Shown: piece by piece, positions 19,040-28,640 of the stretch
How the letters are laid out: the number at the start of each line of letters is the position of its first letter
Position numbering within the stretch: the stretch's first letter is position 1
Assembly (NCBI GenBank): GCA_037128175.1
Contig: JBAXWY010000013.1
Span: 1-57,548 of the forward strand
DNA from: Methanothrix sp.
Lineage (GTDB): Archaea; Halobacteriota; Methanosarcinia; Methanotrichales; Methanotrichaceae
Direction: 5' to 3'
Length of the DNA stretch: 57,548 bases
Notes under the pieces: model-generated
What the model was told of the DNA's origin: nothing
Database searches by the model: none
Seen by the model: only the letters and a program-made list of their open reading frames with translations
Position numbers and translations under genes: made by a program

Positions 19040-19585
19040 ATGGCATGGGTCATGTGGTTCACGGGCCTTCCAGGCTGTGGGAAGACCACCATCGCAGATA
19101 AAGTCTTGACGATTCTATCTGAAAAGAGAATTAGCGCCAGGATCCTGCAACTGGATGAGATCAGAAGAGCGATAACTCCAACGCCCAAATATACAGAAGA
19201 AGAAAGAGATATCGTTTATGCCAGCTTAGCCTACATGGGCAAGCTCTTGGCAGATGAGGGAATAAACGCCATCATAGATGCTACCGCCAATAGACGCCGT
19301 TATCGCGATTTTGCCCGCCGCCTGATCCCCAATTTCGCAGAGGTGTTTATCCGAGCGCCTCTGCCCGTCTGCATGGAACGGGAAGCGAAGCGTAAAGCCA
19401 AATTCTCTCCCCAGGATATCTACAAGAAAGCGGCCGGTGAGAAGGCCCACGTCCCCGGAGTCAACGTAGCCTACGAAGAGCCGTGCTCTGCCGAGATTGA
19501 AGTTGATACTACAAGCATGAACCTGGAAGAGAGTGCCCGGTTTGTCGCCGATAGAATCATAGACCTCTATGCATCAAAGAGGTAA
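19040..19585 (+). CDS. Adenylyl-sulfate-kinase-like P-loop kinase
   Basis: WFTGLPGCGKTT Walker A, DATANRR.YR, PGVNVAYEEP; start trimmed. Confidence 0.8.
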   Translation: MAWVMWFTGLPGCGKTTIADKVLTILSEKRISARILQLDEIRRAITPTPKYTEEERDIVYASLAYMGKLLADEGINAIIDATANRRRYRDFARRLIPNFAEVFIRAPLPVCMEREAKRKAKFSPQDIYKKAAGEKAHVPGVNVAYEEPCSAEIEVDTTSMNLEESARFVADRIIDLYASKR

Positions 19586-19922
19586 AGAGTGGAGTAAAGA
19601 GCTGAACGGCTGCAATATCCTGCCAAAAAAAAATGAATCGTTTTTAATTATTTTTAGCAAAATATTGAAATCACCCATTAAATTGAAGGATCTGCAAAGC
19701 ACCCAAGGAGGCTAGAGTCAATGACCAATGATCCTGAGATAGCGATAACTTTGACGTTAACAGCCTTATCGCGATGACCATAGGTTTTAAATATGGCCCG
19801 AAACCCTCGATTACGTACTTAGCTGGCGTAATTGTAGGACTTGTCCTGCCATATTTTTTGACTCGAGCACAACATAATAAAGTAATGAATTGAAAAAAGA
19901 AGATTAAGAAGGTGGATACAAA

Positions 19923-21080
19923 TTGAGTAAATATTCTGCTGGTTTTGTGGGTTTTGATGGAACAGAGAATAAGCGAACTCTTTTGGCTTTGGCAGTGGTC
20001 AAAAAGGCCGCCGGCATCGAGGGCGACCTGAATGTCCTGCTCAGAAAGCCCCATGGCCGGGCCTTGTCGATTGTATCCAAGTTCAATCGGCTTTTCGGAG
20101 TTAAGGCCTTTGTCAGCGAGACGGCTGATAAGGAGAAGTGGGAGAAGGCAGGAGTCAAGATAGAGGGCGGCTATGATGACTTCTTTGCGGCATCAAATTT
20201 CTTGATGGTGGGCGCACCGGGCGATGAGGAGCTCCCTTACGTTGAGGCTGGCCTCTCGCACGGCTGCTTTGTCTCACTCATGGGCGGAGCAGATCGGCCC
20301 GAGCTTTTGAAGGGATTGGCAGAGAACGGGAAGGTCAAGATCTCGGATGAGCTGAAGGCAGACTTCGCCCGTGAGTTCTTCTTTGGTCTCGAGAACTACG
20401 AGATGTTACAGAAGGCCAAGCCTAGATTGGTGCAGTGCACCAGTTGCAATACCACGGGCCTTTCCCGTCTGGCTCTGGCGGCCCGGCCCCTGGGCCTGAC
20501 CGCCGTTCTGGGCAACATCGATCGCAGACATGGCGATCCGCATACTGTAGTCAAGGCCTCTCCCAGCGCCATCCAGTTTGGTAAGGGCGCCGGGCACCAG
20601 GGCACGGACGCAGGAACTGTCTTCGAAGAGGTCAAGTTTGCTGTGCGCGCCAGCAAGGTGCCCACAACTGTGCCCCACACCAACTTCCTGAACCTGGTCT
20701 TCAAGGGCGATGTTACCCCGGCGCAGTTGGTCGAGCAGTTAGCCAAGACCCGCGAGGTCGTGGTCATGCCCTACCAGGATGAAGGCAAGAAGCATGATTG
20801 GACCAGCGAGATCCTGGAGGCTTTCCTCTCCGCAGTGGAGCGGCCCATCAGCCCGGAGATCTTCGAGCTGATCGTCTCCGACGCCATCATTCCCTTCAAA
20901 CTGGGTGACAACACCATTCTGCAGACGGTCTCCATGGTGGAGCAAATGTCCATCGCCGTGCCCAATCACGTTGAGTCCTACCTGCTCTCCGCCGGCTATC
21001 CGGCTGCCGATGTGCACAGCCTGGTGGATAAATCCCTGGAAATCATGCACGGCATCTGGCCGGACAAGCTCGCCTGCTAA
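19923..21080 (+). CDS. Divergent archaeal type II GAPDH-like dehydrogenase
   Basis: SCNTTGL catalytic motif, RRxxDP, KVPTT; altered Rossmann motif GFDGTENKR. Confidence 0.8.
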   Translation: MSKYSAGFVGFDGTENKRTLLALAVVKKAAGIEGDLNVLLRKPHGRALSIVSKFNRLFGVKAFVSETADKEKWEKAGVKIEGGYDDFFAASNFLMVGAPGDEELPYVEAGLSHGCFVSLMGGADRPELLKGLAENGKVKISDELKADFAREFFFGLENYEMLQKAKPRLVQCTSCNTTGLSRLALAARPLGLTAVLGNIDRRHGDPHTVVKASPSAIQFGKGAGHQGTDAGTVFEEVKFAVRASKVPTTVPHTNFLNLVFKGDVTPAQLVEQLAKTREVVVMPYQDEGKKHDWTSEILEAFLSAVERPISPEIFELIVSDAIIPFKLGDNTILQTVSMVEQMSIAVPNHVESYLLSAGYPAADVHSLVDKSLEIMHGIWPDKLAC

Positions 21081-22132
21081 TGTCCGAAGAAATAATAGGC
21101 AGGCTTATTGGCGATAAGATCAGTCTGGGCGCTGGAGCCCTGTCTGATCTTTATGAACAGGGCTACTTCGGCCGGCCCAAGGACAAAGGGCTGGAACTCT
21201 CCCTGGTGGAAGCCGCCTATCTCCTGGACCGCTCCCGGATCAAGGTACTTTCCGAGGGAAAAGAGCTGGACTTTCAGGCTTTTTTCCAGGCGGCATCTTC
21301 TCTGGAAAAGGGCTTTGAGTTTCGATATGTTGTCTACAAAGACCTGCGAGAGCGCGGCTACTATGTCCAGCCCGGCCGCCCCGATTTTCGCGTCTATCCC
21401 CGGGGAGGTCACCCAGGAAAGAGCCCCGCTGAGTTTTATGTTCTCGTCATCTCTGAACGCATGCCTCTTCCCCTGCAAGAGATAATGCAGCCGGTAAGGG
21501 TCGCAGGCCAAATGAGAAAAAAGCTGATGCTGGCCATTGTCGATGAGGAGAGCGACATCACCTTTTACGAGGCCAGGGAGAAGGCTATGTCCGGCCTGAT
21601 GGCTAAGGTGGAGCAGGGCGGCATGGCGACGCTCTTGGAGGATCGTGTGGTGCTCTGGGATGTGGCGGCATCCAGCCGGCTGCATGAGCACGGATTTTAC
21701 GGCAAGCCCGTAGGGGGACGGCTTCAGCTATCCCTGGTCGAGTCGGCCTATCTCCTGGATAGAGGAGTGATAACTCTAGTCGATCGCTCCGGTGGGGCCA
21801 TGGACCTGAAGAGCTTCGCGGCCAGAGCCAGGCTGATCGAAGGAGACTTCGATCTGAAATTTTGCGTTTATAAAGATCTGCGGGACAAGAGCCTGGTGGT
21901 TAAGACGGGCTTCAAGTTCGGCACGCATTTCCGGGTCTACAAGCAGGTACAGGGTCCTGGCAAGGTGCCTCACTCCGAGTACCTGGTGCACACCGTGCCC
22001 GTTGACCATGTCTTCTTGCCCCCCGTGCTCTCCCGCGCCGTGCGTCTGGCCCATTCGGTACGTAAGCTTATGATCTTCGCTTATGTCAACGATGAGGTGC
22101 GCTACCTGGAGATTAAAAGGCTCAAGCCCTAA
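21080..22132 (+). CDS. endA: tRNA-intron endonuclease (alpha2, two-repeat type)
   Basis: Twice LSLVE.AYL and VYKDLR; KTGFKFGTHFRVY, HSEYLV, RLAHSVRK. Confidence 0.95.
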   Translation: MSEEIIGRLIGDKISLGAGALSDLYEQGYFGRPKDKGLELSLVEAAYLLDRSRIKVLSEGKELDFQAFFQAASSLEKGFEFRYVVYKDLRERGYYVQPGRPDFRVYPRGGHPGKSPAEFYVLVISERMPLPLQEIMQPVRVAGQMRKKLMLAIVDEESDITFYEAREKAMSGLMAKVEQGGMATLLEDRVVLWDVAASSRLHEHGFYGKPVGGRLQLSLVESAYLLDRGVITLVDRSGGAMDLKSFAARARLIEGDFDLKFCVYKDLRDKSLVVKTGFKFGTHFRVYKQVQGPGKVPHSEYLVHTVPVDHVFLPPVLSRAVRLAHSVRKLMIFAYVNDEVRYLEIKRLKP

Positions 22133-22886
22133 AATCTTGTATTGTCCAGATTCAAAACTGGATCGTGATCGATCTCCACCAATTTGAAGCGAGCGTAGTT
22201 GAGGTTACCCAGGGGCAGCTTCCAGGTGGCTCCTACTTCTGTAGGAACTAAAATGCCGTTTTTTCGCTGATAATTATGAAAATAGCCGATCCAGACCGCC
22301 TTCTCCGGTTTTCCTTTGACCTCCCGGTACTTGTCCGCCGTCACCACTTTTCTTATCGCCCCCCTCTTATCAAAATAGAAGATTGCCGATGCCGTCAGCT
22401 CTCTGTCTCGCACAACAGCTTTCGCTGATTTCGAGTCTATGGGCTTCCAGGCAATGTGGTCACCCGGCAAAAGGGCCGTAGGAAACATTGTCGCCTCAGA
22501 AAGCCAGCGGAGCAGAGATGATTGATCCATCTCTCTTCCCCGGGAGGAGGCCAGCTTTTTCAGGGACATCAGAAATACCCGCATGTTGCCTTTTCCCCCA
22601 CAATAGCAATCGCAAACCTCAATCCAGAGCAGAGGAAGGAGCTTGGCCACGGCATGCCAGATAAATCCGGGTGGATGGCAGCTAACATATTCCTCGCTCA
22701 TCTCTGTAAAGGCTCCGGCAGTGCCTGCCAATCGGAGGGAACAACCATCGCGCCGGGCGAGGCTGCCGAGAAGAGCCCTTTGACCTCTTTCGCCACCCTG
22801 CGACGAAAAATTAGCCGCCCGGCAAGAGAAGAGACTATAAGCGCAGAAATCAGAAGAAACGGAAAGAGAAGGATGATCCAGGACAT
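22129..22886 (-). pseudogene. DUF6544/DUF6920-like membrane-anchored protein, disrupted
   Basis: N-terminal TM plus LPEPLQR stops at 22698; C-terminal part (PPGFIW, LRWLSE...FPTALLP, VPTEV.ATW.L) is in another frame. Confidence 0.7.
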
Positions 22887-22960
22887 GCAATGGACAATTG
22901 CAAAGCTTGCCAGATAATCCTATGGTTAGCGGAAGTTGCGCCCTGGAGTCTTGCGAACCC

Positions 22961-23116
22961 TTATCCCACTCGCCAGGCTCCGTTCTTCAGGTCAGGATGA
23001 GGCAGACGTCCCTCATAGCCGCACATCTTGCAGCGCACATTCACAAACACACCATCTTCGCTCCAGGCCTCGGCCACGTAGCCGCATCTGGGACAGTTGT
23101 TCAGGAAATGAGTCAT
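22961..23116 (-). CDS. 51-aa CPxCG zinc-finger microprotein
   Basis: Manual translation MTHFLNNCPRCGYVAEAWSEDGVFVNVRCKMCGYEGRLPHPDLKNGAWRVG. Confidence 0.8.
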   Translation of the reverse strand: MTHFLNNCPRCGYVAEAWSEDGVFVNVRCKMCGYEGRLPHPDLKNGAWRVG

Positions 23117-23231
23117 TGTTATGATCAATATCTACAATTATCATATTTATCTGTTTTGATTCATCGTCTTGCATCACGGTGTTTGTTTGCGGGAAAGGTT
23201 AATAGCCTGGAAGCCACCAGTGATGGCTTGT

Positions 23232-23320
23232 GGGCTCGTAGGGTAGTGGACATCCTAGCGGGCTTCGGTGACTATTGTCGAAGATACCCGCTGACCTGGG
23301 TTCGAGTCCCGGCGAGCCCG
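23232..23320 (+). tRNA. tRNA-Arg(TCG) with 17-nt intron at 37/38 (23269-23285)
   Basis: GGGCTCG/CGAGCCC acceptor stem, GCGGG/CCCGC anticodon stem, TTCGAGT T-loop, canonical bulge-helix-bulge (CTTC/GAAG, GAC/GTC). Confidence 0.95.
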
Positions 23321-23427
23321 TTACTATTATGCGATTATGCTGTCAATTGCTCCATGCCTCCATCTTTTTATATACGATCCAAAAGAAAGATATTAGACTG
23401 ATTCAAACAAAGCGGAGGATCTAAAGA

Positions 23428-23739
23428 ATGGGAAAGTTTAAAGCTGCCTTCATGTTCGTAACGCCGGACTCCGATCCGAAGATACACAGGACAAGCATCT
23501 CCACACCAGAAGTCTTGGACTTGGTGGTTGTGGGCGTAAAAGACTACGAGCAAGCGGCCAAAGTGGCAGTAGAGCTGGTTGATAGCGGAGTAACGGCTAT
23601 CGAGCTATGCGGCGGTTTCGGCCAGATTGGGGTGGGCAAAGTAGCTGCTGCAGTGGGAGAACGGGCCTTTGTGGGAGCTGTACGCTTTGATCGCCATCCA
23701 GGACTGGGATATAAGAGCGGGGATGAGCTTTTCGCATAG
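23428..23739 (+). CDS. DUF6506-like protein
   Basis: FKAAFMF..P..DP..HR, G..AIELCGGFG, VG.VRFD.HPGL..KSGD. Confidence 0.75.
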   Translation: MGKFKAAFMFVTPDSDPKIHRTSISTPEVLDLVVVGVKDYEQAAKVAVELVDSGVTAIELCGGFGQIGVGKVAAAVGERAFVGAVRFDRHPGLGYKSGDELFA

Positions 23740-23836
23740 TCAACTACCACGCCTGAAGGATGAGGCCTCCTTGGGCAACGAGATTAAAAAAATAAGAAAT
23801 CTGCATGGAAAGCTAAAAAAGATTATCCAGGAGGGG

Positions 23837-25426
23837 TTAAACCATCGTGGAATTGATTTGCGTCGAATTAACCTCCGTGGAATTTTGGTCTACCACCGGC
23901 GCCTCACTTGCATCAATTTTTGTGTATGTTATAGCATGGTTATTTGAGTTGTCTGGGTCCACCTCTGCTCCGTACACATAGGCAGTATTGGATACCTGTC
24001 CCGGAGGCGCGTCGAGGTGCACTTGTACAGTAAGCACCAATCTCGCGCTGTGGTATTTGGTCAAGCTTCCCAAGCTCCAAATTCCTGGATCTGGGTCGAA
24101 ACTGCCCTGGCTGACGGTTGAAGATTTCAATTCCAATTCTGGTGGCAGGAAATCCTGTACATTAACATCGGTTGCGCTGTCAGGTCCTCTGTTGGTCACA
24201 GTCAGCACGTAGTTAAAGAGGCCACTAGACGGAGCCGGATTCGACGTAGAGCTCATGGATAAAGCCAGGTCGGACTTGCTCAGGGGTTTTGTTGGCACCA
24301 CTACAATGAGTACAGGTTTGGATACGGCAGTGGCAAAGGGATCGTCTGGAACTTCTATGGCTTTTGCTACAATGTTGTACACACCCGGTTTTACGTCCTC
24401 CCAGACAAAGGTGTAGGGTGAATCACTCTCGGTTGTGCTCCAAATTTTTTGTGAATTTGCATAGAACTCAACACTGCTCACGGGATTGCTATCTATTACC
24501 TCTGCCGTAATAGTAATATCTTCCGGAGACGTAAATATTTGCCCCGCAAGAGGACTTGTAATCCGTACTACCGGCTGGGAAGGGTTGACGGTTATAATAA
24601 CAGGGAGAGATGGACAGCTATTTCCGCCAGTACCGGGGACAGCTTTCGCGGTCAAGATATGAGTACCTACAGAGAACTCGTAAAATATCGTAACAGGACA
24701 GTCTCCTCCAGTATTCTCACAGTCACCCGAGCCGATCATTTTATCTCCCGACAGTGTTTCATCAAAGAATTCTATTGATGAAACATCCCCAGAAGACGTG
24801 GCATGAATAGGTATCTCTACTGAGTAACCTGTTGCACCAAACTCACCAGGATAAGCCGTAAATATTTCCCCATTTCGTGGGCTTCTGATCCTTACGGTAG
24901 GGGGATGAGAGAGCGAAACCACATCAATAGAGACAGAAATATTTTTTTCGATCCCCATTGTGTTGGTTGCGCTGACTATAAATGAATCATTGCCTAGGTA
25001 TCCCTTGTTAGGCTTGTAGATTATATTCGGCGCGGTTCCGCTGACATTTCCATTAAGAGGCGAGCTGATGAATTTATAGCTCAATAGATCGTTGTTGATA
25101 TCCCTTGCAGAAAATTCTATGATCTTGGCGGTATCGTTGCCAGTCATAACATTTTGAACCTCTGGCGAGGACGATTGGTTCTGGAAATCAAACGCGATCA
25201 ATGCGGTATCAATTGCGTTCAGGTTGGCGAAATCGTTTTCGCTGCTGTCGGACACCTGTGCAAAAGCAACGTCATCTTTGGCCAGCAAACTCCATGAAGG
25301 ATTGCAGTTCCCATCTCGTTCGCTACATGGCTCTTGACCACCGGACGCGATAGTCAATAATAGCACCATGAGTAATGCCATCTTGAGCACTGCCCATGGA
25401 ACCTTAAATTCCAATCTAACACCCAT
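23837..25426 (-). CDS. Secreted Ig-like repeat plus DUF11 cell-surface protein
   Basis: Signal peptide, Y.P..GY.G.DSF, two P.VRI.SP Ig domains, DUF11 motif YVLTVTNRGPDSATDV.V.D.LP; many N-x-S/T sequons. Confidence 0.85.
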   Translation of the reverse strand: MGVRLEFKVPWAVLKMALLMVLLLTIASGGQEPCSERDGNCNPSWSLLAKDDVAFAQVSDSSENDFANLNAIDTALIAFDFQNQSSSPEVQNVMTGNDTAKIIEFSARDINNDLLSYKFISSPLNGNVSGTAPNIIYKPNKGYLGNDSFIVSATNTMGIEKNISVSIDVVSLSHPPTVRIRSPRNGEIFTAYPGEFGATGYSVEIPIHATSSGDVSSIEFFDETLSGDKMIGSGDCENTGGDCPVTIFYEFSVGTHILTAKAVPGTGGNSCPSLPVIITVNPSQPVVRITSPLAGQIFTSPEDITITAEVIDSNPVSSVEFYANSQKIWSTTESDSPYTFVWEDVKPGVYNIVAKAIEVPDDPFATAVSKPVLIVVVPTKPLSKSDLALSMSSTSNPAPSSGLFNYVLTVTNRGPDSATDVNVQDFLPPELELKSSTVSQGSFDPDPGIWSLGSLTKYHSARLVLTVQVHLDAPPGQVSNTAYVYGAEVDPDNSNNHAITYTKIDASEAPVVDQNSTEVNSTQINSTMV

Positions 25427-25675
25427 AATAATTCCCCATATTTTGTTTAAGTGATAGATAATGTTGGGTGCGAGTATAAGTAACTTTGGAAGAAAATTTA
25501 CTATATTTAAAATTTGCAAAGAAAGAAAATCGATCCACACAGTATTATGATCGTATACGTAACTTAATAACAATAGGTATATAGTTATATAATTTTTGGA
25601 AGGGATGTATCATGCATTAATTTAAAGCCAAAGCTAAAAGAAGGCGATCTTTTGGGTTCGCTTTTTGACCGGTGT

Positions 25676-25993
25676 CAGTCCTCCGCGAACTTCTCGTGTC
25701 TTTCTGTGGTGGTGTTTGTCCCCACTCATGCAGAGATGCCTGCCGAAAGAAGGACGCGCACGGGGGCTTGCGCGAGGGGGCGAGCCCGCCTCCCGCGCGA
25801 GTGCAGGGGTACGTGCGTGCGGAGACCGACGCCAAAATTAGCCCGAATATGAAGCGGTGAGGAAGGGCGACTGGCTCTTCGCTATTTTCCAGTGGCTTAC
25901 TTCATGTGGTTGAAACGTCGTTAGCCAGTTATCCAATGACGACGAACTACCACCACCGCAGACACTAGAAGCACACGGAGAACTCACTGAGGA
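25676..25993. repeat. CACAGAG palindrome copy 3, interrupted by about 200-bp GC-rich insert
   Basis: 25917-25993 aligns with 9893-9972; left-arm remnant tgtctttctgtggtggtg at about 25696-25714. Confidence 0.65.
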
Positions 25994-26168
25994 GACTCGA
26001 TACAGGAAGAGCCTTTTGATTTTAATCACGAGTGGTCTAGGTGAAAAGGCAAAGCTAATAGTAATGCCAGGATGCATTTTGCGGCAATGACTGGCTAAGC
26101 CCTGCTCGGGATATTGCATAATGCTCGACCGATCAATCCAATTGAGTCTTGAAATCCTCAACTTTCGA

Positions 26169-26294
26169 TCAGATCATTAGCTTGAAGAGAGCCGGCAATA
26201 CTGCCATGGCATAGATTACTACTCCGACGAGTCCCGCTTCGATGACGTAGAGCCCTATATTGAAGGGGTCCATCATGTTTTCTGCATGTGTCAT
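26169..26294 (-). CDS. 41-aa hydrophobic membrane microprotein
   Basis: MTHAENMMDPFNIGLYVIEAGLVGVVIYAMAVLPALFKLMI; GAGG upstream. Confidence 0.55.
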   Translation of the reverse strand: MTHAENMMDPFNIGLYVIEAGLVGVVIYAMAVLPALFKLMI

Positions 26295-26695
26295 ATTCTT
26301 GCCTCGTTTATCTATTGTCTAGCCTTGCCCGGAAAGCCGGACACCTTGTAGTTAGACTGCCAAAGTATTAAAGATTTTTTAACCATATACTTGCGCAAAG
26401 TGATTTTTTCCACCATGGATAATTCTAGTAAATATGAAGGCCACCAGGAAAAACCTAAATCCTTCAAAGGTGCATAATTGCCAAATAATAATATAACCTA
26501 AACAACGCGAAAAGGGATCCTTTGAGCCTAGACACGTAGCCGTGTGGTCCAGCGGATCAAGTATAATTTAGCTCAAGGCTTTGTTTCAAATAGATTTTCC
26601 TCCCGAGCGATGGTTGAGTTGAGGCACCCGAGGGAGAGATATTTAGTGGCACGCGGCGGAAATGATAGATGGAGACAGATAGAATCAGAGATGCT

Positions 26696-26818
26696 ATGAA
26701 AATGACTGAATTGGAAAAGAAGGCGGCAAAGCAAGCGGCCCAGGCAACGAAGCAGGAAGCAAAGAAAGTGAGACAGCACAGATCAGCCCGGAAGAGGTCT
26801 GCACCACAGCGACAGTAG
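26696..26818 (+). CDS. 40-aa basic Lys/Ala/Arg-rich peptide
   Basis: MKMTELEKKAAKQAAQATKQEAKKVRQHRSARKRSAPQRQ. Confidence 0.4.
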   Translation: MKMTELEKKAAKQAAQATKQEAKKVRQHRSARKRSAPQRQ

Positions 26819-26879
26819 AGGCGATCTTTCGGGTCGCATCACCCAAAGCCTTTTCCTGTGAGCGATGGTTGAGGCATGC

Positions 26880-28640
26880 ATGAAATACTGGCTCTTCCAA
26901 GTCATGTACGATTCATATCCCCAATCATGGGAAGGCATGGTTAAAATGGGAATAGCAGCCCAACAGTATCCGCTATCTCTCAATTGGGTGAATGCTAAAC
27001 GTAATAATAATGCTTTAAATAAACTCAAAGAAGGAGACGTTATCATAGCATCATTTAAGGATCATAGATTTGCAGGCTATGGAACGCTTAAATCAGATTT
27101 CTATGTGGGAGGTTCGTCGTTGAGAATTCCACATTTATCTAGCGGTGAATTGATGGAATTCCATGAACGTTTTGATTGTGATTGGACGATAATCCCTCTT
27201 GATCGAAATCGTCCGTTCATTAGGTGCGATGAAGTCAAGAAACTGGGATTTGACATTGACATGATGCGCGGTCAGTGTGTGAAGCAAATTGATGGAGACG
27301 CATTTAACGCAATTAAATTGAGATTGGATAATTCTGGGGCTAGAAGAAATCTTGTATTGGTGAAGAATAACGAAGCTGAGATGAACACTCACGCAAAAGA
27401 AATAGAGCCAAATGAGCGCAAATACTGGCTTTGGGTAACTCGTCCCGAATACTACCTAGATGACAATGGCAAAGATCGAGCCGATCTAGATCCTAATAGC
27501 GGATTCGATTTAGACGGTTGGTGGACCTGCCATAAAGAAACCAAGAAAGGTGATTTGGTTTTCTTGTGGCGAGCTAAATTGAAGAGGGACATAGGTTATC
27601 TAATACAAGCCGAAGGTGCAGCATATCGTTTCCCTAATGATGATGAGGATTCGAATAAGGGCTGGAAATATCGCTGCAGTTATCGAGTGTTGTATAAATT
27701 CGAAAATCCCATTACAGCAAAGGAGCTACGTGGCGATTCATATTTCAATGATTGGTCTCCCTTGAAGATAAATTTCCAAGGCAGTGTTTTCTTGATACAA
27801 GAGCACTATTGGAATAAATTAAATCAAATCGCAATAAGAAAGAATCCAGACTATAGCGAGATCATAAACCCGATATCATCTGCCAACATAAATGCTACGA
27901 AGGATTTTACTGCAAGTGATTATGTTTCCGCCTTTCATAAACTACAGATGACTCCGCATCACCTACAGATGTTGCTGGGCAATTACTATTCCACTAATAG
28001 GACTCTAACGGCTACTATGATGGCCAACGCTATGGGATACGATAATTTCGGTGCAGCCAATCTCCATTATGGAAAGCTAGGTGGATTAGTTGGAGAGAAA
28101 TTGGGTTGGAATCCTCTTCCCGAATTCAAAGTCAATGTTCTTGTTGACTTCAAAAAAACCAATGGAGAATGGCTATGGATAATGAAACCCGCTGTAGCCG
28201 AAGCCATTGAATTACTCAAGTGGACCGAAGAACAACCCCCAATACCTGAAGAGATAGATGAAATTGAACCCATCTATGAAGGTGCGGTAAGAAAAACATC
28301 GGTCAATGCTTATGTGCGAAGCAATATAGCACGTGAGAAATGCAAGCTTCATTATGGATGCAAATGCACTGTCTGTGGCAGAATCCTATCCGATATTTAT
28401 GGAGAAATTGCTCAAGGATACATACATATTCACCACCTTAGGCAGCTATCCGATATAAATTCTGAATACCAGGTTAACCCTATAGTTGATCTCCGCCCTG
28501 TTTGCCCGACGTGTCACTCAATAATTCATTTGAGAAAACCACATTATTCAATCGAAGAAGTTCAAGGACTGATAAAATCACAACAAGAACGGTTAACTCA
28601 TATTCAAACACCCGGATCGAGGCCACCGACCGCCAGATAG
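26880..28640 (+). CDS. Tandem EVE/PUA-like domains plus HNH endonuclease (putative type IV modification-dependent restriction enzyme)
   Basis: YWLF..LKEGDVII and YWLW..WTC..TKKGDLVFLW domains; C-terminal EG....VN.Y.RS..AR..C..HYG..C..CG, IHIHH, DLRPVCPTCH; low GC. Confidence 0.85.
   Translation: MKYWLFQVMYDSYPQSWEGMVKMGIAAQQYPLSLNWVNAKRNNNALNKLKEGDVIIASFKDHRFAGYGTLKSDFYVGGSSLRIPHLSSGELMEFHERFDCDWTIIPLDRNRPFIRCDEVKKLGFDIDMMRGQCVKQIDGDAFNAIKLRLDNSGARRNLVLVKNNEAEMNTHAKEIEPNERKYWLWVTRPEYYLDDNGKDRADLDPNSGFDLDGWWTCHKETKKGDLVFLWRAKLKRDIGYLIQAEGAAYRFPNDDEDSNKGWKYRCSYRVLYKFENPITAKELRGDSYFNDWSPLKINFQGSVFLIQEHYWNKLNQIAIRKNPDYSEIINPISSANINATKDFTASDYVSAFHKLQMTPHHLQMLLGNYYSTNRTLTATMMANAMGYDNFGAANLHYGKLGGLVGEKLGWNPLPEFKVNVLVDFKKTNGEWLWIMKPAVAEAIELLKWTEEQPPIPEEIDEIEPIYEGAVRKTSVNAYVRSNIAREKCKLHYGCKCTVCGRILSDIYGEIAQGYIHIHHLRQLSDINSEYQVNPIVDLRPVCPTCHSIIHLRKPHYSIEEVQGLIKSQQERLTHIQTPGSRPPTAR

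Noticed and set aside
19040-19585. Gene symbol cysC
   Set aside because: APS-binding signature is incomplete and no sulfate-assimilation genes are nearby
22898-23401. 167-aa plus-strand ORF
   Set aside because: Runs across tRNA-Arg and antisense to the zinc-finger microprotein; not protein-like
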